Below are positions 50,002 through 59,906 of a DNA stretch of 64,000 nucleotides, in pieces. A model generated the notes under the pieces. The model was not told the DNA's origin. It saw only the letters and a list, made by a program, of their open reading frames with translations, and searched no databases. Positions within the stretch are counted from its first letter, which is position 1. Each line of letters opens with the position of its first letter. The DNA comes from Vulcanimicrobiota bacterium. Lineage in GTDB: Bacteria > Vulcanimicrobiota > Vulcanimicrobiia > Vulcanimicrobiales > Vulcanimicrobiaceae. Where the stretch lies: contig CAVTCS010000003.1 of assembly GCA_963733295.1 (NCBI GenBank), forward strand, positions 608,001-672,000, written 5' to 3'. Position numbers and translations under genes: made by a program.

Positions 50002-51672
50002 ATGGATCCGATAAGAGCCGAGCTTCCGGCAGAGCGCACTCTTGACGAGCGCTACGGACGGATCGAGGCGGCGCTCGACAGGCGCGACACGCCGGCAGGC
50101 TGGCGCGCAGCTTTCACGGATTGGGACGCGCTGCGCCGTGAATGGTACAGCGGCCAAAACATGGTTCGTCTGCGCTATAGCCAGGACACGCGCAACGAGG
50201 AATTTCGCGCCGCGTTGCACGCGCTCGACGCTCGCACCCCCGGCGTCACCGCGCGGGACACGCGGGTGAAACGGCGTTTCCTCGACGGCGGAGCGCTGCG
50301 CGCGCCGCTCGAAGCGGAGCTCGGTCCGCAAGCCTTCGCGCTCTGGGATGCGGACGTGCACGCTTTTGACGTCGCGATAAGTGACCAGCTCGTCCGCGAG
50401 TCCGATTTAAGCCGTCAGTATACCGAGTTGCTGGCCGCAGCAACCGTCCCGTTCGCGGGAGAGGAGCGTTCGCTCGCCGGACTCGGCGCTTTCTTTGAAG
50501 ACCCCGACCGGGAAAGGCGGCATGCGGCCGAAGTCGCGCGTTGGAGCGTTTTCGACTCCGCCGCCGAACGGCTCGACGCCATCTTCGACGAGCTCGTGCG
50601 CTTGCGCGACGGCATGGCTCGCACGCTCGGCTACGACAACTTCGTCGCTCTGGGCTATCGGCGCATGCGCCGAATCGACTACGGCCCGGCCGACGTCGCC
50701 CGTTACCGCGATGACGTCGTCGCGACGGTCGTTCCGGTCGTACTCGATCTCGTGCGGCGCTTCGGTGCGAAGGCGGGTCTGGACCGCGTCCACTTCTGGG
50801 ACGAAAAAGTCCTCGCGCTTTCCGAGCGGGTTGCGCCCAAGGGTGACCGCGCTTGGATCGTCGATCGCGCGGTCGAGTCGTTGAGCGCGATCGCAGCGCC
50901 GCTCGGCGAGTTCGGCGCCATCATGAAGGAGCGCCGTTTACTCGATGTCGAGCTGCGTCCGGGCAAAGCGTTCGGCGCATACTGCACGATGTTTCCCACC
51001 GCGGGCGTGCCGTTCGTCTTCGCGAGCTTCAACGGAAGCAGCGCCGACGTCAAGACGCTGATGCACGAGCTCGGGCACGCGTTCCAGGGGTACAGCAGCC
51101 GGAACAAGACTACCCTCGACTACGTGAAGGCAACGCTCGAGTCGGCGGAGATCCACTCGATGGCGCTGGAATATCTTTCCTGGCCGGAGATGGAGCGTTT
51201 CTTCGGGGCAGATGCGGATGCGTATCGCCGCGCGCACCTGCTCGACGCCTTATTCTTCTTGCCGTACGGCGTCGCGTTCGACCACTTCCAGCATCTGGTC
51301 TACGAGAACCCTGGCGCGACGCCGGCCGAACGGCACGCGATGTGGCGTGAGATGGAGCGCCGCTATCTGCCCTGGCGCAACTACGGCGATCTCGCCTTCC
51401 CGCGTAAGGGCGGCCTCTGGCAAGAGAAGCGGCACGTCTACCTCTACCCGTTCTACTACATCGACTACACCCTGGCGCTCTGCTGCGCGCTCCAATTTTG
51501 GGAGAAAGCACGCGGCGACCGCTCGCGCGTGCTCGAGGCATACGTCGCGCTTTGCGGGCGCGGCGGTGAGGCGCCGTTCCGCGAACTCGTGCGCTCCGCC
51601 GGACTGCGCTCGCCCTTCGACGGCGAAGCGTTGGGTGAAGTTGTCAGGGCCGCCAGCGCAACGTTCCGATAG
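50002..51672 (+). CDS. M3 family oligoendopeptidase
   Basis: HELGHAFQ, AEIHSM, PFYYIDY. Confidence 0.92.
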   Translation: MDPIRAELPAERTLDERYGRIEAALDRRDTPAGWRAAFTDWDALRREWYSGQNMVRLRYSQDTRNEEFRAALHALDARTPGVTARDTRVKRRFLDGGALRAPLEAELGPQAFALWDADVHAFDVAISDQLVRESDLSRQYTELLAAATVPFAGEERSLAGLGAFFEDPDRERRHAAEVARWSVFDSAAERLDAIFDELVRLRDGMARTLGYDNFVALGYRRMRRIDYGPADVARYRDDVVATVVPVVLDLVRRFGAKAGLDRVHFWDEKVLALSERVAPKGDRAWIVDRAVESLSAIAAPLGEFGAIMKERRLLDVELRPGKAFGAYCTMFPTAGVPFVFASFNGSSADVKTLMHELGHAFQGYSSRNKTTLDYVKATLESAEIHSMALEYLSWPEMERFFGADADAYRRAHLLDALFFLPYGVAFDHFQHLVYENPGATPAERHAMWREMERRYLPWRNYGDLAFPRKGGLWQEKRHVYLYPFYYIDYTLALCCALQFWEKARGDRSRVLEAYVALCGRGGEAPFRELVRSAGLRSPFDGEALGEVVRAASATFR

Positions 51673-51701
51673 CGGGCCCCAGATGCGCCGGCGAGCCTGC
51701 G

Positions 51702-51857
51702 CTACGCGGCTCGCCGGAGTTCGCGCCGGGCGCCTCGCCGTTCGAAGAATTCGACCTCGAGCGCGCAATCGAAGCAGCTGACCGCGAGCTGGTAAGCCGG
51801 GTCGAACGGCTCGTCGTGGAGCCGGCGACATCCGGGACACTCGTACAGGGTGGACAT
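51702..51857 (-). CDS. Small Zn-ribbon-like protein (51 aa)
   Basis: AGGAGG SD upstream of ATG; CPGC..H...CFDC. Confidence 0.65.
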   Translation of the reverse strand: MSTLYECPGCRRLHDEPFDPAYQLAVSCFDCALEVEFFERRGARRELRRAA

Positions 51858-52113
51858 AGGCAACCTCCTGAGCGAGACTTTCTCACCAGGGTGTGCCACC
51901 TGTCTGGCACCCCCGTCAAACGTGGTCGCCTATTGACGAGAGCAGACAAGGAAGTGAGCCCGTCGGCAAGCATTGGCACCCCGAGAGAGTGAAGAAGATG
52001 CTGACGTCACGGATAGGTGGCTGGTACTGTCCGCTGTGCGAGCCGGACCGCGTTTCGCCGTTCGTAGATTCGAAGAACCTGAGGCATACGTGCCCCGGTC
52101 GGCTCGGGCAGTC

Positions 52114-52780
52114 TTGACCGGCCAATACCAAACGAGGTCGTATATCGATGCGCTCGGTAAGCGTCTCGCCTCTGGGAAGCAGACTGAGCGGGATCTCGAG
52201 GAGCTGGCATCCTTTCAACGTTCCTTCTTGCCGGCCTACGAACAGATGTTAGCCGGCGTGCGGAACTGTGGGTTCGAGCCGTCCGGCCGGTATCCCAAGA
52301 CGAATTTCGCGATCGTCGCGAAGCTACAGCGTGAGAAGACGCGGCTGACGACGATGCAGGACATTGCCGGTTTACGCATCGTTGTAGCCAATCTTGCGGC
52401 TCAGGATGAGGCCGTCGAGAAACTGCGCGGACTTACGGACTGTAAAGTCAAAGACCGACGCGACAAACCGAGCGGCGGTTACCGCGCCGTACACATCATC
52501 TTCGTCGTAGACGGTTATCCCATCGAGGTTCAGGTGCGGACGAAACCAGCACTATTGGGCGGAGTTGTCTGAGAAGGTGGCAGACAGCGACCCGGCCATA
52601 AAGTATGGCGGCGGCCCGGAAGAGGTGCGTCGATCTCTGCTGAGAGTGTCGAAGCTGGTCGAAACCCTAGAGCAGGGTCGGTTCTCGCGGGACTCGGAGG
52701 CCGAGGAGATTATCGCGGACGAGATGCTGAAGGTAATCGCGGAGGTCGACCTTATAATCGGGGAGGGGAGGCAGTCGTGA
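52114..52780 (+). CDS. RelA/SpoT SYNTH-domain protein (small alarmone synthetase / toxSAS, CapRel-like); frameshift near 52545
   Basis: GRYPK..IVAKL, MQDIAGLRIV, GYRAVH, IEVQVRT, then QHYWAELSEK in the shifted frame. Start TTG 52114 is inferred. Confidence 0.85.
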
Positions 52781-53025
52781 TCTTCGTCATTCAGTACAAC
52801 CGCTCGCGCGGCAAGATCGAGCAGCTACATGCGTTCACCGACGAGGAGCGCGGCGCTGGCGATACTGTTCGCGCGCATTTGGAGAGGGCCGCGATTGTGC
52901 GCGAGGGGCGCACCGACGTCGAGGTCGTTACGCTCGAGGCGGAATCGGAGGAGGCGTTGCTTCGTACGCATCGCCGCTACTTCGCCGATCTGAAGCAGCT
53001 CGCGGAGACTTCTCCGGCAGCCTAA
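52777..53025 (+). CDS. 82-aa protein, putative antitoxin resembling the CapRel C-terminal domain
   Basis: GTGA overlap with the SAS stop, GGGGAGG SD; DVEVVTLEAESEEALLRTHRRYF C-terminal motif. Confidence 0.7.
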   Translation: MIFVIQYNRSRGKIEQLHAFTDEERGAGDTVRAHLERAAIVREGRTDVEVVTLEAESEEALLRTHRRYFADLKQLAETSPAA

Positions 53026-53110
53026 ACGCGCGGCAGACCTTTTCGGAATCAAGGCTCCGGGCGCGGTCTCGGCCAACCCTTTCCGTTCGTCCGTCGTGAC
53101 GATAGGTGCA

Positions 53111-53866
53111 ATGAAAGAATCGCACGGAGCTTTGATCGTCACCGGCGCGAGCCGGGGGATCGGTGCCGCGGTGGCGCGCCTGGGCGCTGAGCGCGGCTAT
53201 CGCGTCGCGGTGAACTACTCGACGAGCTCAAAATCTGCGCGCGAGGTGGTCGACGGAATCGAATCGGCCGGCGGCCGAGCCGTTGCGATCGAGGCCGACG
53301 TTTCGAACGAGGCCGGCGTGCTCAAACTCTTCGCGTCGGCCGAGCGCGAGTTAGGCAAGATCGAGGCGCTCGTGAACAATGCCGGCATCATCGGCGCCGG
53401 CACGCGCGTCGATGCGCTCGACGCCGAAACGTTGCAGCGCGTACTGAATCTCAACGTCACCGGTACGATCTTGTGCGCGCGCGAGGCGGTTCGCCGCATG
53501 TCGACCCGTCACGGTGGTTCGGGCGGGGCCATCGTCAACGTGTCGTCACTGGCTTCGCGCCTCGGAAGCGCCGGCGAATACGTGCACTACGCCGCTTCGA
53601 AAGGTGCGGTTGATTCATTTACGATTGGTCTCGCGCGCGAGGTCGCGGGGGAGGCAATTCGCGTGAACGCGGTTGCTCCGGGCTTGATCCAAACCGGGAT
53701 CCACGCGTCGGCGGGCGATCCGGGACGGCTCGAGCGCTTATCAGGGAACGTCCCAAGCGGTCGCGCCGGCAGAGCGCAAGAAGTCGCCGAAGCGATTCTC
53801 TGGCTCTTGTCGCCGGCTGCGTCATACGTGACGGGAACGATACTCGAAGTCGGCGGCGGCCGTTAG
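53111..53866 (+). CDS. Short-chain dehydrogenase/reductase
   Basis: TGASRGIG, NNAG, YAASK, VAPG. Confidence 0.93.
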   Translation: MKESHGALIVTGASRGIGAAVARLGAERGYRVAVNYSTSSKSAREVVDGIESAGGRAVAIEADVSNEAGVLKLFASAERELGKIEALVNNAGIIGAGTRVDALDAETLQRVLNLNVTGTILCAREAVRRMSTRHGGSGGAIVNVSSLASRLGSAGEYVHYAASKGAVDSFTIGLAREVAGEAIRVNAVAPGLIQTGIHASAGDPGRLERLSGNVPSGRAGRAQEVAEAILWLLSPAASYVTGTILEVGGGR

Positions 53867-54102
53867 ATCTGTTCGACGCGCTCGATTTCGGGGCAGGCGG
53901 CCCGGACCGATGCCTCGATCGCCAACTTGAGCGTGGCCGTCGACATCGCGCAACCTCCGCAAGCGCCGACCATCTGCACGTAGGCGACGTCGTCTTCGAT
54001 ACGGATCAGCCACACGTCGCCGCCGTCGGCGAGAATGCCCGGGCGGACGCTCGCGAGAGCGGCTTCGACGCGTTCGCGAAGTCCGTCGGTCACCGTATCC
54101 AT
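53863..54102 (-). CDS. NifU C-terminal / Nfu-type Fe-S carrier
   Basis: VRP...DGGDV, GACGGC. Confidence 0.9.
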   Translation of the reverse strand: MDTVTDGLRERVEAALASVRPGILADGGDVWLIRIEDDVAYVQMVGACGGCAMSTATLKLAIEASVRAACPEIERVEQI

Positions 54103-54141
54103 CTCGTTTTCTTCAACCACGGTCAGCGCGAGGGCGTTGCG

Positions 54142-55047
54142 CTAGATGAAGGGTGCGCCCGAAAGGAAGGCCAGCAACGCGAAAAGGCTGACGACGAAGA
54201 AGAGGGAGACCCCGCGGCCCGCAATGGCCTCGTCGTTCGGCCGTTCGTCCGTGCGTCGCGTGACGGAGCGGGCGAACTGCCAGGCGAGGGGAAGGGTGAG
54301 CACTTCCATGAGCGCCAGGGCCGGTGGCGCCCCGGCCAGCAGAGCCACGGCGACGCCCGCGTAGATCGCAAGGCAGGCGGCATAAGCGATCGGGAGGACG
54401 CCTCGTTCGCCCAAGCGGACGATGAGATTGCGCTTTCCGGTGGCGCGGTCGGCGGCCACGTCGGGAAACTCCACGCCGAGCATCATCGCGATCATCGCCG
54501 CCGCTCCGGGCAGCGTGGTCGCCAGCGCTAACCAGCTCAACGTGCCGGTCTCGGCGGCGTAGGTGCAGAGCGGCACCAGCATGGCGACGACGAGGGCCGC
54601 GTTGAGTTCGCCGAGCCCGCGGCCGAGCAAACGCGCAGGCGGCGCGGAGTAGGCCCAGGCGAGGACGCCCACGAGCGCGGCCACGAGGGCCGCCACCTGC
54701 AGCCCCCGGCTCGCCAGGAGCGCGCAGCCCGCCGCGCCGAGCGCGGCGCAGCCGAGCGCGGCAATGAGGCCGGTCGAGGGGGGCAGCGTGCCATCGACGA
54801 GGGCGCCGCTGCCGCCGGAGAAGGGCGTCCGGACCGCCTGTTCGTCAGCGGCGCGGTCGAAATAGTCGTTGGTGTAGTGGGTCATCAGATGGAACGCAAC
54901 GACCGTGGCTTGAGCCAGCAGAAACGGGCCCCAGGCGAAGCTCGCCCGCTCGTAGGCTGCGACCGCGCCGCCCAGACCTCCGCCGACGAAGCCGCCGGCC
55001 AGGAACTTGAGCCGCGAGAGCCTGACGAAGGCGAGAACCCTCAGCAC
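54142..55047 (-). CDS. UbiA-family prenyltransferase (MenA-like)
   Basis: NDYFD, FSGGSG, YSAPP..GLGE, D...D..GKRNL. Confidence 0.88.
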   Translation of the reverse strand: MLRVLAFVRLSRLKFLAGGFVGGGLGGAVAAYERASFAWGPFLLAQATVVAFHLMTHYTNDYFDRAADEQAVRTPFSGGSGALVDGTLPPSTGLIAALGCAALGAAGCALLASRGLQVAALVAALVGVLAWAYSAPPARLLGRGLGELNAALVVAMLVPLCTYAAETGTLSWLALATTLPGAAAMIAMMLGVEFPDVAADRATGKRNLIVRLGERGVLPIAYAACLAIYAGVAVALLAGAPPALALMEVLTLPLAWQFARSVTRRTDERPNDEAIAGRGVSLFFVVSLFALLAFLSGAPFI

Positions 55048-55120
55048 GATTGGGCGCGCTTCGGATGGCGAAGGAAGCTCCCTGCGCGCGACGCAAAATG
55101 AGCTTTCACAGCGCAAAAAG

Positions 55121-55933
55121 ATGACGCAGCAACTGACCAGGCCGGCCCCGCGAAAGACCGCGGGCGGCCGTCCAAAAGTTCAATCGGTCGACCGGACCCT
55201 CGACGTCCTCGAGGCCCTTGCCTCACGTCGCGGAGCGACCGGGATCAGCGAACTGTCGCAGATCGTGGGCCTCCACGTCAGCACCGTCCACCGCTTGCTA
55301 GCGACGCTCGTCGATCGCGGTTACGTTCGTCAAGACCCCGACAGTTCGCGCTATCATCTCGGCTCGCGCGTCTTCACCTTGGCCAGCGCCGCCGACGTGC
55401 ATCTGGATTTGCGCCTGGTTGCGCGACCCTATCTCGAGCGCCTGATGCGAAATTCGGGCGAAACGGCGAATCTCGTGACGGCAAGCGATGACGAAGTCGT
55501 TTACCTCGACCAAGTCGCCAGCATGCATCTGGTCAAGATGTTCACGTCGCCCGGGATGCGCGCGCCCCTCTATTGTACCGGAAGCGGTAAGGCGATACTG
55601 GCCTTTCGCGCGGCCGAGGACACCGATCGAGTCCTCGGCGCGCAACTTGCGCCGCGCACGCCCAAGACGCTCGTGACGCGCGGCGCGCTCGAGACGGAGC
55701 TCGCCCGGATCCGCGAGCGCGGCGTCGCCATCGATGACGAGGAGATGGAAGAAGGCGTGCGCTGCATCGCTGCCGCGATCTTCGATCGTCGCAGCGAAGT
55801 TGTAGGCGCTATTTCGGTTTCCGGTCCGACGACGCGCCTGACGCTCGAACGCGTCGAGCGCTTGTCGCCGATCGTCAAAGCTTTAGCCGGCGAACTCTCA
55901 GGTCAACTCGGTTTCGAAGGCGCGCGCGAATAG
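55121..55933 (+). CDS. IclR-family transcriptional regulator
   Basis: VQSVDR, STVHRLL, GETANL, CTGSGK, EEMEEGVRC, AISVSGP. Confidence 0.93.
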   Translation: MTQQLTRPAPRKTAGGRPKVQSVDRTLDVLEALASRRGATGISELSQIVGLHVSTVHRLLATLVDRGYVRQDPDSSRYHLGSRVFTLASAADVHLDLRLVARPYLERLMRNSGETANLVTASDDEVVYLDQVASMHLVKMFTSPGMRAPLYCTGSGKAILAFRAAEDTDRVLGAQLAPRTPKTLVTRGALETELARIRERGVAIDDEEMEEGVRCIAAAIFDRRSEVVGAISVSGPTTRLTLERVERLSPIVKALAGELSGQLGFEGARE

Positions 55934-55950
55934 GTTCTGCGGGATGCAGA

Positions 55951-57291
55951 TCATCGCCGCCGCGACCCGGGCATGGGGAAAACCACCGGGAAGTTGACTC
56001 TCACCGTGCGCACGAGGATCTGTCCGAATCCGCCGGGGTTGGGGTAGAACGACGCAAAGCCCGTGACTTGACCCGTCTGTGATTGACCGCCGGGTGCGTA
56101 CTGCGTTACCGTGCCCGCGGTGGCATCCGAAACGTAGAGATTGTTCGCGGAATCGATGCCGAGCGACGGCACCGAAGCCACAGCCTGCACGATTGTGTGA
56201 GTGAGATCGGGACACTGCACGGGAACGCCGTCCGGCCCGGCGGCGCCCGCCGCCTGATCGTACACGAGCACGCCCGACTTGCCGCCTAACGCGTAGTCGA
56301 ACGAAACGTACTCGATTTCGGTCGTGTCGACGGCCATCTCGATCGCGTTTTCATCGTGCAAACCGCCTGTGGCGTCGGCGTTCGGGCTGCCGAAGAGCTC
56401 TTGGGTGAGCTTCCCGCCGGTGTACTGTTGCGCGAGCAAGAAGCGCACGTCGTCACCGCTCACGGGCGAAGTGGAATCGAACGTGCACACCCCTGGTTTG
56501 AAGGAGAACGGAATCGGCGTTATCGCGTAGCTCGGCAAGAACTGGCGCAAGATCCAAACGCCGCCCGCCGGATCCGATACGATATCTGCGGTCGGCGCTT
56601 GCGCTGCAACCTTGTGAGAGGGCATCGTCACGCTCGCGCTCTTGCTGAACTCCGCGGTTACGAACGCCTGCGCCGGGGTGATACCCGCAATCGTCACATC
56701 GTTGGCATTGAAGCCGGTCCACACGCTTCCCGCAGCGTCGAATCCGATCCGAGGCCAGGTGACGAGGCCGCCGGTGTTGCCGTTCGGCTCGGCTAACGTG
56801 CGTACCGGAGCGTTGGAGCCGACCCTGTACTGCTGGATCAGGTCGTTGCTCTTCGACGAACACGCGGCGATGTAGAAAGTGCCGGAGGAATCGTCGAACG
56901 CGATGAAGCCGCTGCCGGGGACTTGCGGAAAACACAAACCGGATTGTGACTGCGTCGACGTCGTCGAGCCGAGCGCGAACTGATAGACGGTGCCTTGACC
57001 TCCGGCGCTCGATTCCATAGCGTACAGATTGCCGCTAGCGTCGGCCGTAAAGGCTCCTGCGCATAACCCGGCGACGGCGAACGGCGACCCGATCGAAGCT
57101 AGATTCGGAAGCTCAAACGCCACAACGTCGTTGCACGCTGCGCCCGAAGAGCCGCTCAAGAAGAGCACGTCGAGCGGGCTCCCCATGGGAGACGGTGACG
57201 GCGTCGGCTTGGTAACCGAAGGCGTCGACTTGCTGCAGCCCGCAGCGACGGCGAGCGCGGTCAAAACGAGTGCGAAGAGGGTCTGTCTCAT
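55951..57291 (-). CDS. Lipoprotein with beta-propeller/NHL-like repeats
   Basis: Lipobox VAAGC; repeats such as ADASGNLY, FDDSSGTFY, FDAAGSVW, IDSANNLYVSD. Confidence 0.7.
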   Translation of the reverse strand: MRQTLFALVLTALAVAAGCSKSTPSVTKPTPSPSPMGSPLDVLFLSGSSGAACNDVVAFELPNLASIGSPFAVAGLCAGAFTADASGNLYAMESSAGGQGTVYQFALGSTTSTQSQSGLCFPQVPGSGFIAFDDSSGTFYIAACSSKSNDLIQQYRVGSNAPVRTLAEPNGNTGGLVTWPRIGFDAAGSVWTGFNANDVTIAGITPAQAFVTAEFSKSASVTMPSHKVAAQAPTADIVSDPAGGVWILRQFLPSYAITPIPFSFKPGVCTFDSTSPVSGDDVRFLLAQQYTGGKLTQELFGSPNADATGGLHDENAIEMAVDTTEIEYVSFDYALGGKSGVLVYDQAAGAAGPDGVPVQCPDLTHTIVQAVASVPSLGIDSANNLYVSDATAGTVTQYAPGGQSQTGQVTGFASFYPNPGGFGQILVRTVRVNFPVVFPMPGSRRR

Positions 57292-57369
57292 TGCGGCGTT
57301 ACTCCAGTTCTCACTGATCCGGTTCAACGAAAGGTGTCGGCGTCCGCCCGAGGCAAAGCCAGCGCCGAG

Positions 57370-58980
57370 ATGCTGCTCGGCGCGATCGACGTAGGAACGA
57401 ACTCGATCCATCTGATCGTCGTGGAGCTCGATCCCCGTTTCGGCACGGCGCGAACGCTCCTCAAGGCCCGTGAAATGGTGCGTCTCGGCGGTGGAGAAGC
57501 GCTGGCGCGCGGTCACCTCAGCAAGAAAGCCGTGCAACGAGGCGTCGCGGCGATCGCCAAATTCGCCGACGCAGCCAGGGCCGCCGGTGCAGCAGATGTG
57601 CGCGCGGTCGCAACTTCTGCGGTGCGAGAGGCCGGCAATCGTGAGGAGTTCCTGGCGGCGGTTCGAGCGACCAGCGGCATCTCGATCGAGGTTCTCGGCG
57701 AAACGGAAGAAGCGCGGCTGATTCACTTGGGCGTCAGCCGCGGCTATCCGATCGGCGACCGCGTCGCGTGCATCTTCGACATCGGCGGCGGTTCGACGGA
57801 GTTCATCGTCGCCGATTCGGAACGTCCGTATTTCTTGCACAGCGTGCGGCTCGGCAGCTTGAGGCTCTTCGACGAATACCTTCGCGACGGCGAAAGTCAG
57901 CTCCGCTACGCCGCGCTGGACGCGAACGTCAAACACGTTCTCGACCGCTTCATGCCGCAGCTCAAAGAGTATCGCTTCGACTTGTTAATCGGAACCTCGG
58001 GGACCGTGATGGGTTTGGCGGCACTCGACGCCGCCGGCTCCGGCGTCCCCGAGCAAAGGGCGCACGGCTACGTTCTGCGTCTCGAACGGTTGCGCGAACT
58101 GCAAACCACGATGCGCCGCTTAACGCCGGCCGAAAGGCGCAAGCTTCCCGGCATGAACCCTCGCCGCGGCGACATCATCGTAGCAGGCAACGCGATCGTC
58201 ATCGCCATTATGGAGTCGCTGGGGCGAGACGAGCTGATCGTTTGCGAACGGGCTCTGCGCGAGGGCGTCGTCGTCGACTACATCGAACGCAACCTCGCGG
58301 TGGCGCGGCGTTTAGGCGACGAGCGCACGCGCCGTTTCGACGCGGCCCACGAACTTGCGCGGCGCTTCGGCCACAGCGGCGTGCACGAGAACCACGTCGC
58401 GGGCCTCGCGTTGCAGCTCTTCGACCTTCTCGGCGAAGTCCACCGTTTCGAACCGGCCGAACGCGACGTGCTCTTTGCCGCGGCGCTGCTCCACGACATC
58501 GGCCGCGCCATCTCGCCCAGCGCGCACCACAAGCACGGCGCGTACATCGTGCGCCACGCCGGCCTCGCCGGTTGGCGGGCCGAAGAGATCGAACTGATCG
58601 CCGCACTCGTGCGCTACCATCGCAAGTCGCTGCCCAAACCAACACACGAAGAGTGGATCGCAGCTTCGCCGGTCTTGCGCGAGAGAATCTCCGGCTTAGC
58701 GGGCATCCTGCGCGTCGCCGATGGGTTGGATCGCCGCCGCCTCGGCGTCGTCACCTCGATCGGTGCCGAGATCGCGCCCGGCAAGGTCCGTCTCGCGCTC
58801 GAGGCCTCTCAGGGCGTCGAGCCGGAAATCGAAGGGGCGCTCTTCAAGTCCGAGTTATTCGAGCAGGCGTTCAACGTCGCGCTCGGAGTCGAAGCTGCGC
58901 CGCGGTCGCCCTACGACTCGTCTTTCGGCGAGAGCGAGCCGAGCGCCGACGAGATCGACGCGGCAAGACTCTCGGGATAG
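57370..58980 (+). CDS. ppx: Ppx/GppA exopolyphosphatase with HD domain
   Basis: IDVGTNS, ATSAVREA, DIGGGSTE, LREG, LHDIG. Confidence 0.93.
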   Translation: MLLGAIDVGTNSIHLIVVELDPRFGTARTLLKAREMVRLGGGEALARGHLSKKAVQRGVAAIAKFADAARAAGAADVRAVATSAVREAGNREEFLAAVRATSGISIEVLGETEEARLIHLGVSRGYPIGDRVACIFDIGGGSTEFIVADSERPYFLHSVRLGSLRLFDEYLRDGESQLRYAALDANVKHVLDRFMPQLKEYRFDLLIGTSGTVMGLAALDAAGSGVPEQRAHGYVLRLERLRELQTTMRRLTPAERRKLPGMNPRRGDIIVAGNAIVIAIMESLGRDELIVCERALREGVVVDYIERNLAVARRLGDERTRRFDAAHELARRFGHSGVHENHVAGLALQLFDLLGEVHRFEPAERDVLFAAALLHDIGRAISPSAHHKHGAYIVRHAGLAGWRAEEIELIAALVRYHRKSLPKPTHEEWIAASPVLRERISGLAGILRVADGLDRRRLGVVTSIGAEIAPGKVRLALEASQGVEPEIEGALFKSELFEQAFNVALGVEAAPRSPYDSSFGESEPSADEIDAARLSG

Positions 58981-59829
58981 GGCGGAGCATCCGAACCCTT
59001 CCAAAGGTCGCGCAGCGATTCGGTGGCGCGCTCGCGCTCCAACAAGGCAGCTTCGCGGCGAGCCTGGATGCCCGCGATGCGCGGGTCGCCGTCGGGCAAA
59101 TGATCGGTAAGGTCGTCGTAAAATCGCACGAACGCGTCGACGTCGGCAATCGTTCCCAAGCGTTCTTGAGCCAGCGCGAGCGAATCGAGCGCCTGATGGC
59201 ACGACTCGCCCAAGATTCCGGTAAAAAATTCGAGCGTATAGCGCAAGCGTTTGACGGCAATCCGGGTTGCGTGCAAGTCTTCGTCGCGCTTGCTCTGGAG
59301 CGCCCGCTTCGCACAGGCGAGCAACTTGCGCAAGCGCCGTTCGATCTTGCGTTGCGCGAAAGGGCGCAGATGCTTGTTACGCATCGGCGAGCGCTGCAAC
59401 GAATGCGTCGGGATCGAACTGAGAATACTCGATCGCGAATTCAGCGAGGGAACGGCGCCGGCGCGCGCCGAGCGTTTCGATCGCGTAAGCGATTCCCGGC
59501 GCCTCCGCTTCGGTCGCTCCGGCCAGCGCCGCGCGCAGGACCGCCAGGTGGACGTCCGCATCGCGCACCGCGCCGAGCCGGCGGCCGACGCGGCGCGTCG
59601 CTTCACGGTATTCGGTGAAGCGTCCTTTGGGAAAGGCTCCCTGAAACGTGGACATCGCGGTCCGAAGCCGCCGGATCGCAACGCGCATGTCGTGCGTCGC
59701 CTCGACGTCGTTTCGCAGTACCCCGGGTGCTTCGGCTGCCACCGCCGAAACCAAGCTCTGCAGGATTGCGCGCGCCGCGTCCCCGAGCGGCATTTCCGGA
59801 GTCAGGCCGTCGTAGCGAGCTCTAGCCAC
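58911..59829 (-). CDS. CHAD-domain polyphosphate-binding protein (frameshift near 59380)
   Basis: HDMRVAIRRLR, LGAVRDADV; LHATRIAVKRLRY, QERLG..D. Confidence 0.88.
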
Positions 59830-59906
59830 AAGTTCCCTCCTTGCTCGATGCGACGATCTTGGGTTATGTTTACCGCGGGAGATTACCGGCTTGGCCGAGG
59901 AGGCCT

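Noticed and set aside
51860..53100. Mobile element or prophage boundaries around the SAS pair
   Set aside because: No integrase, transposase, tRNA or flanking direct repeats could be identified.
55090..55120. Imperfect palindrome TTTCACAGCGCAAAA before iclR as an operator
   Set aside because: Too degenerate to support without comparative data.
58911..58980. 70-nt convergent overlap of the ppx and CHAD 3' ends
   Set aside because: Short tail-to-tail overlaps are common in compact GC-rich genomes, and the ppx-CHAD association is already known.
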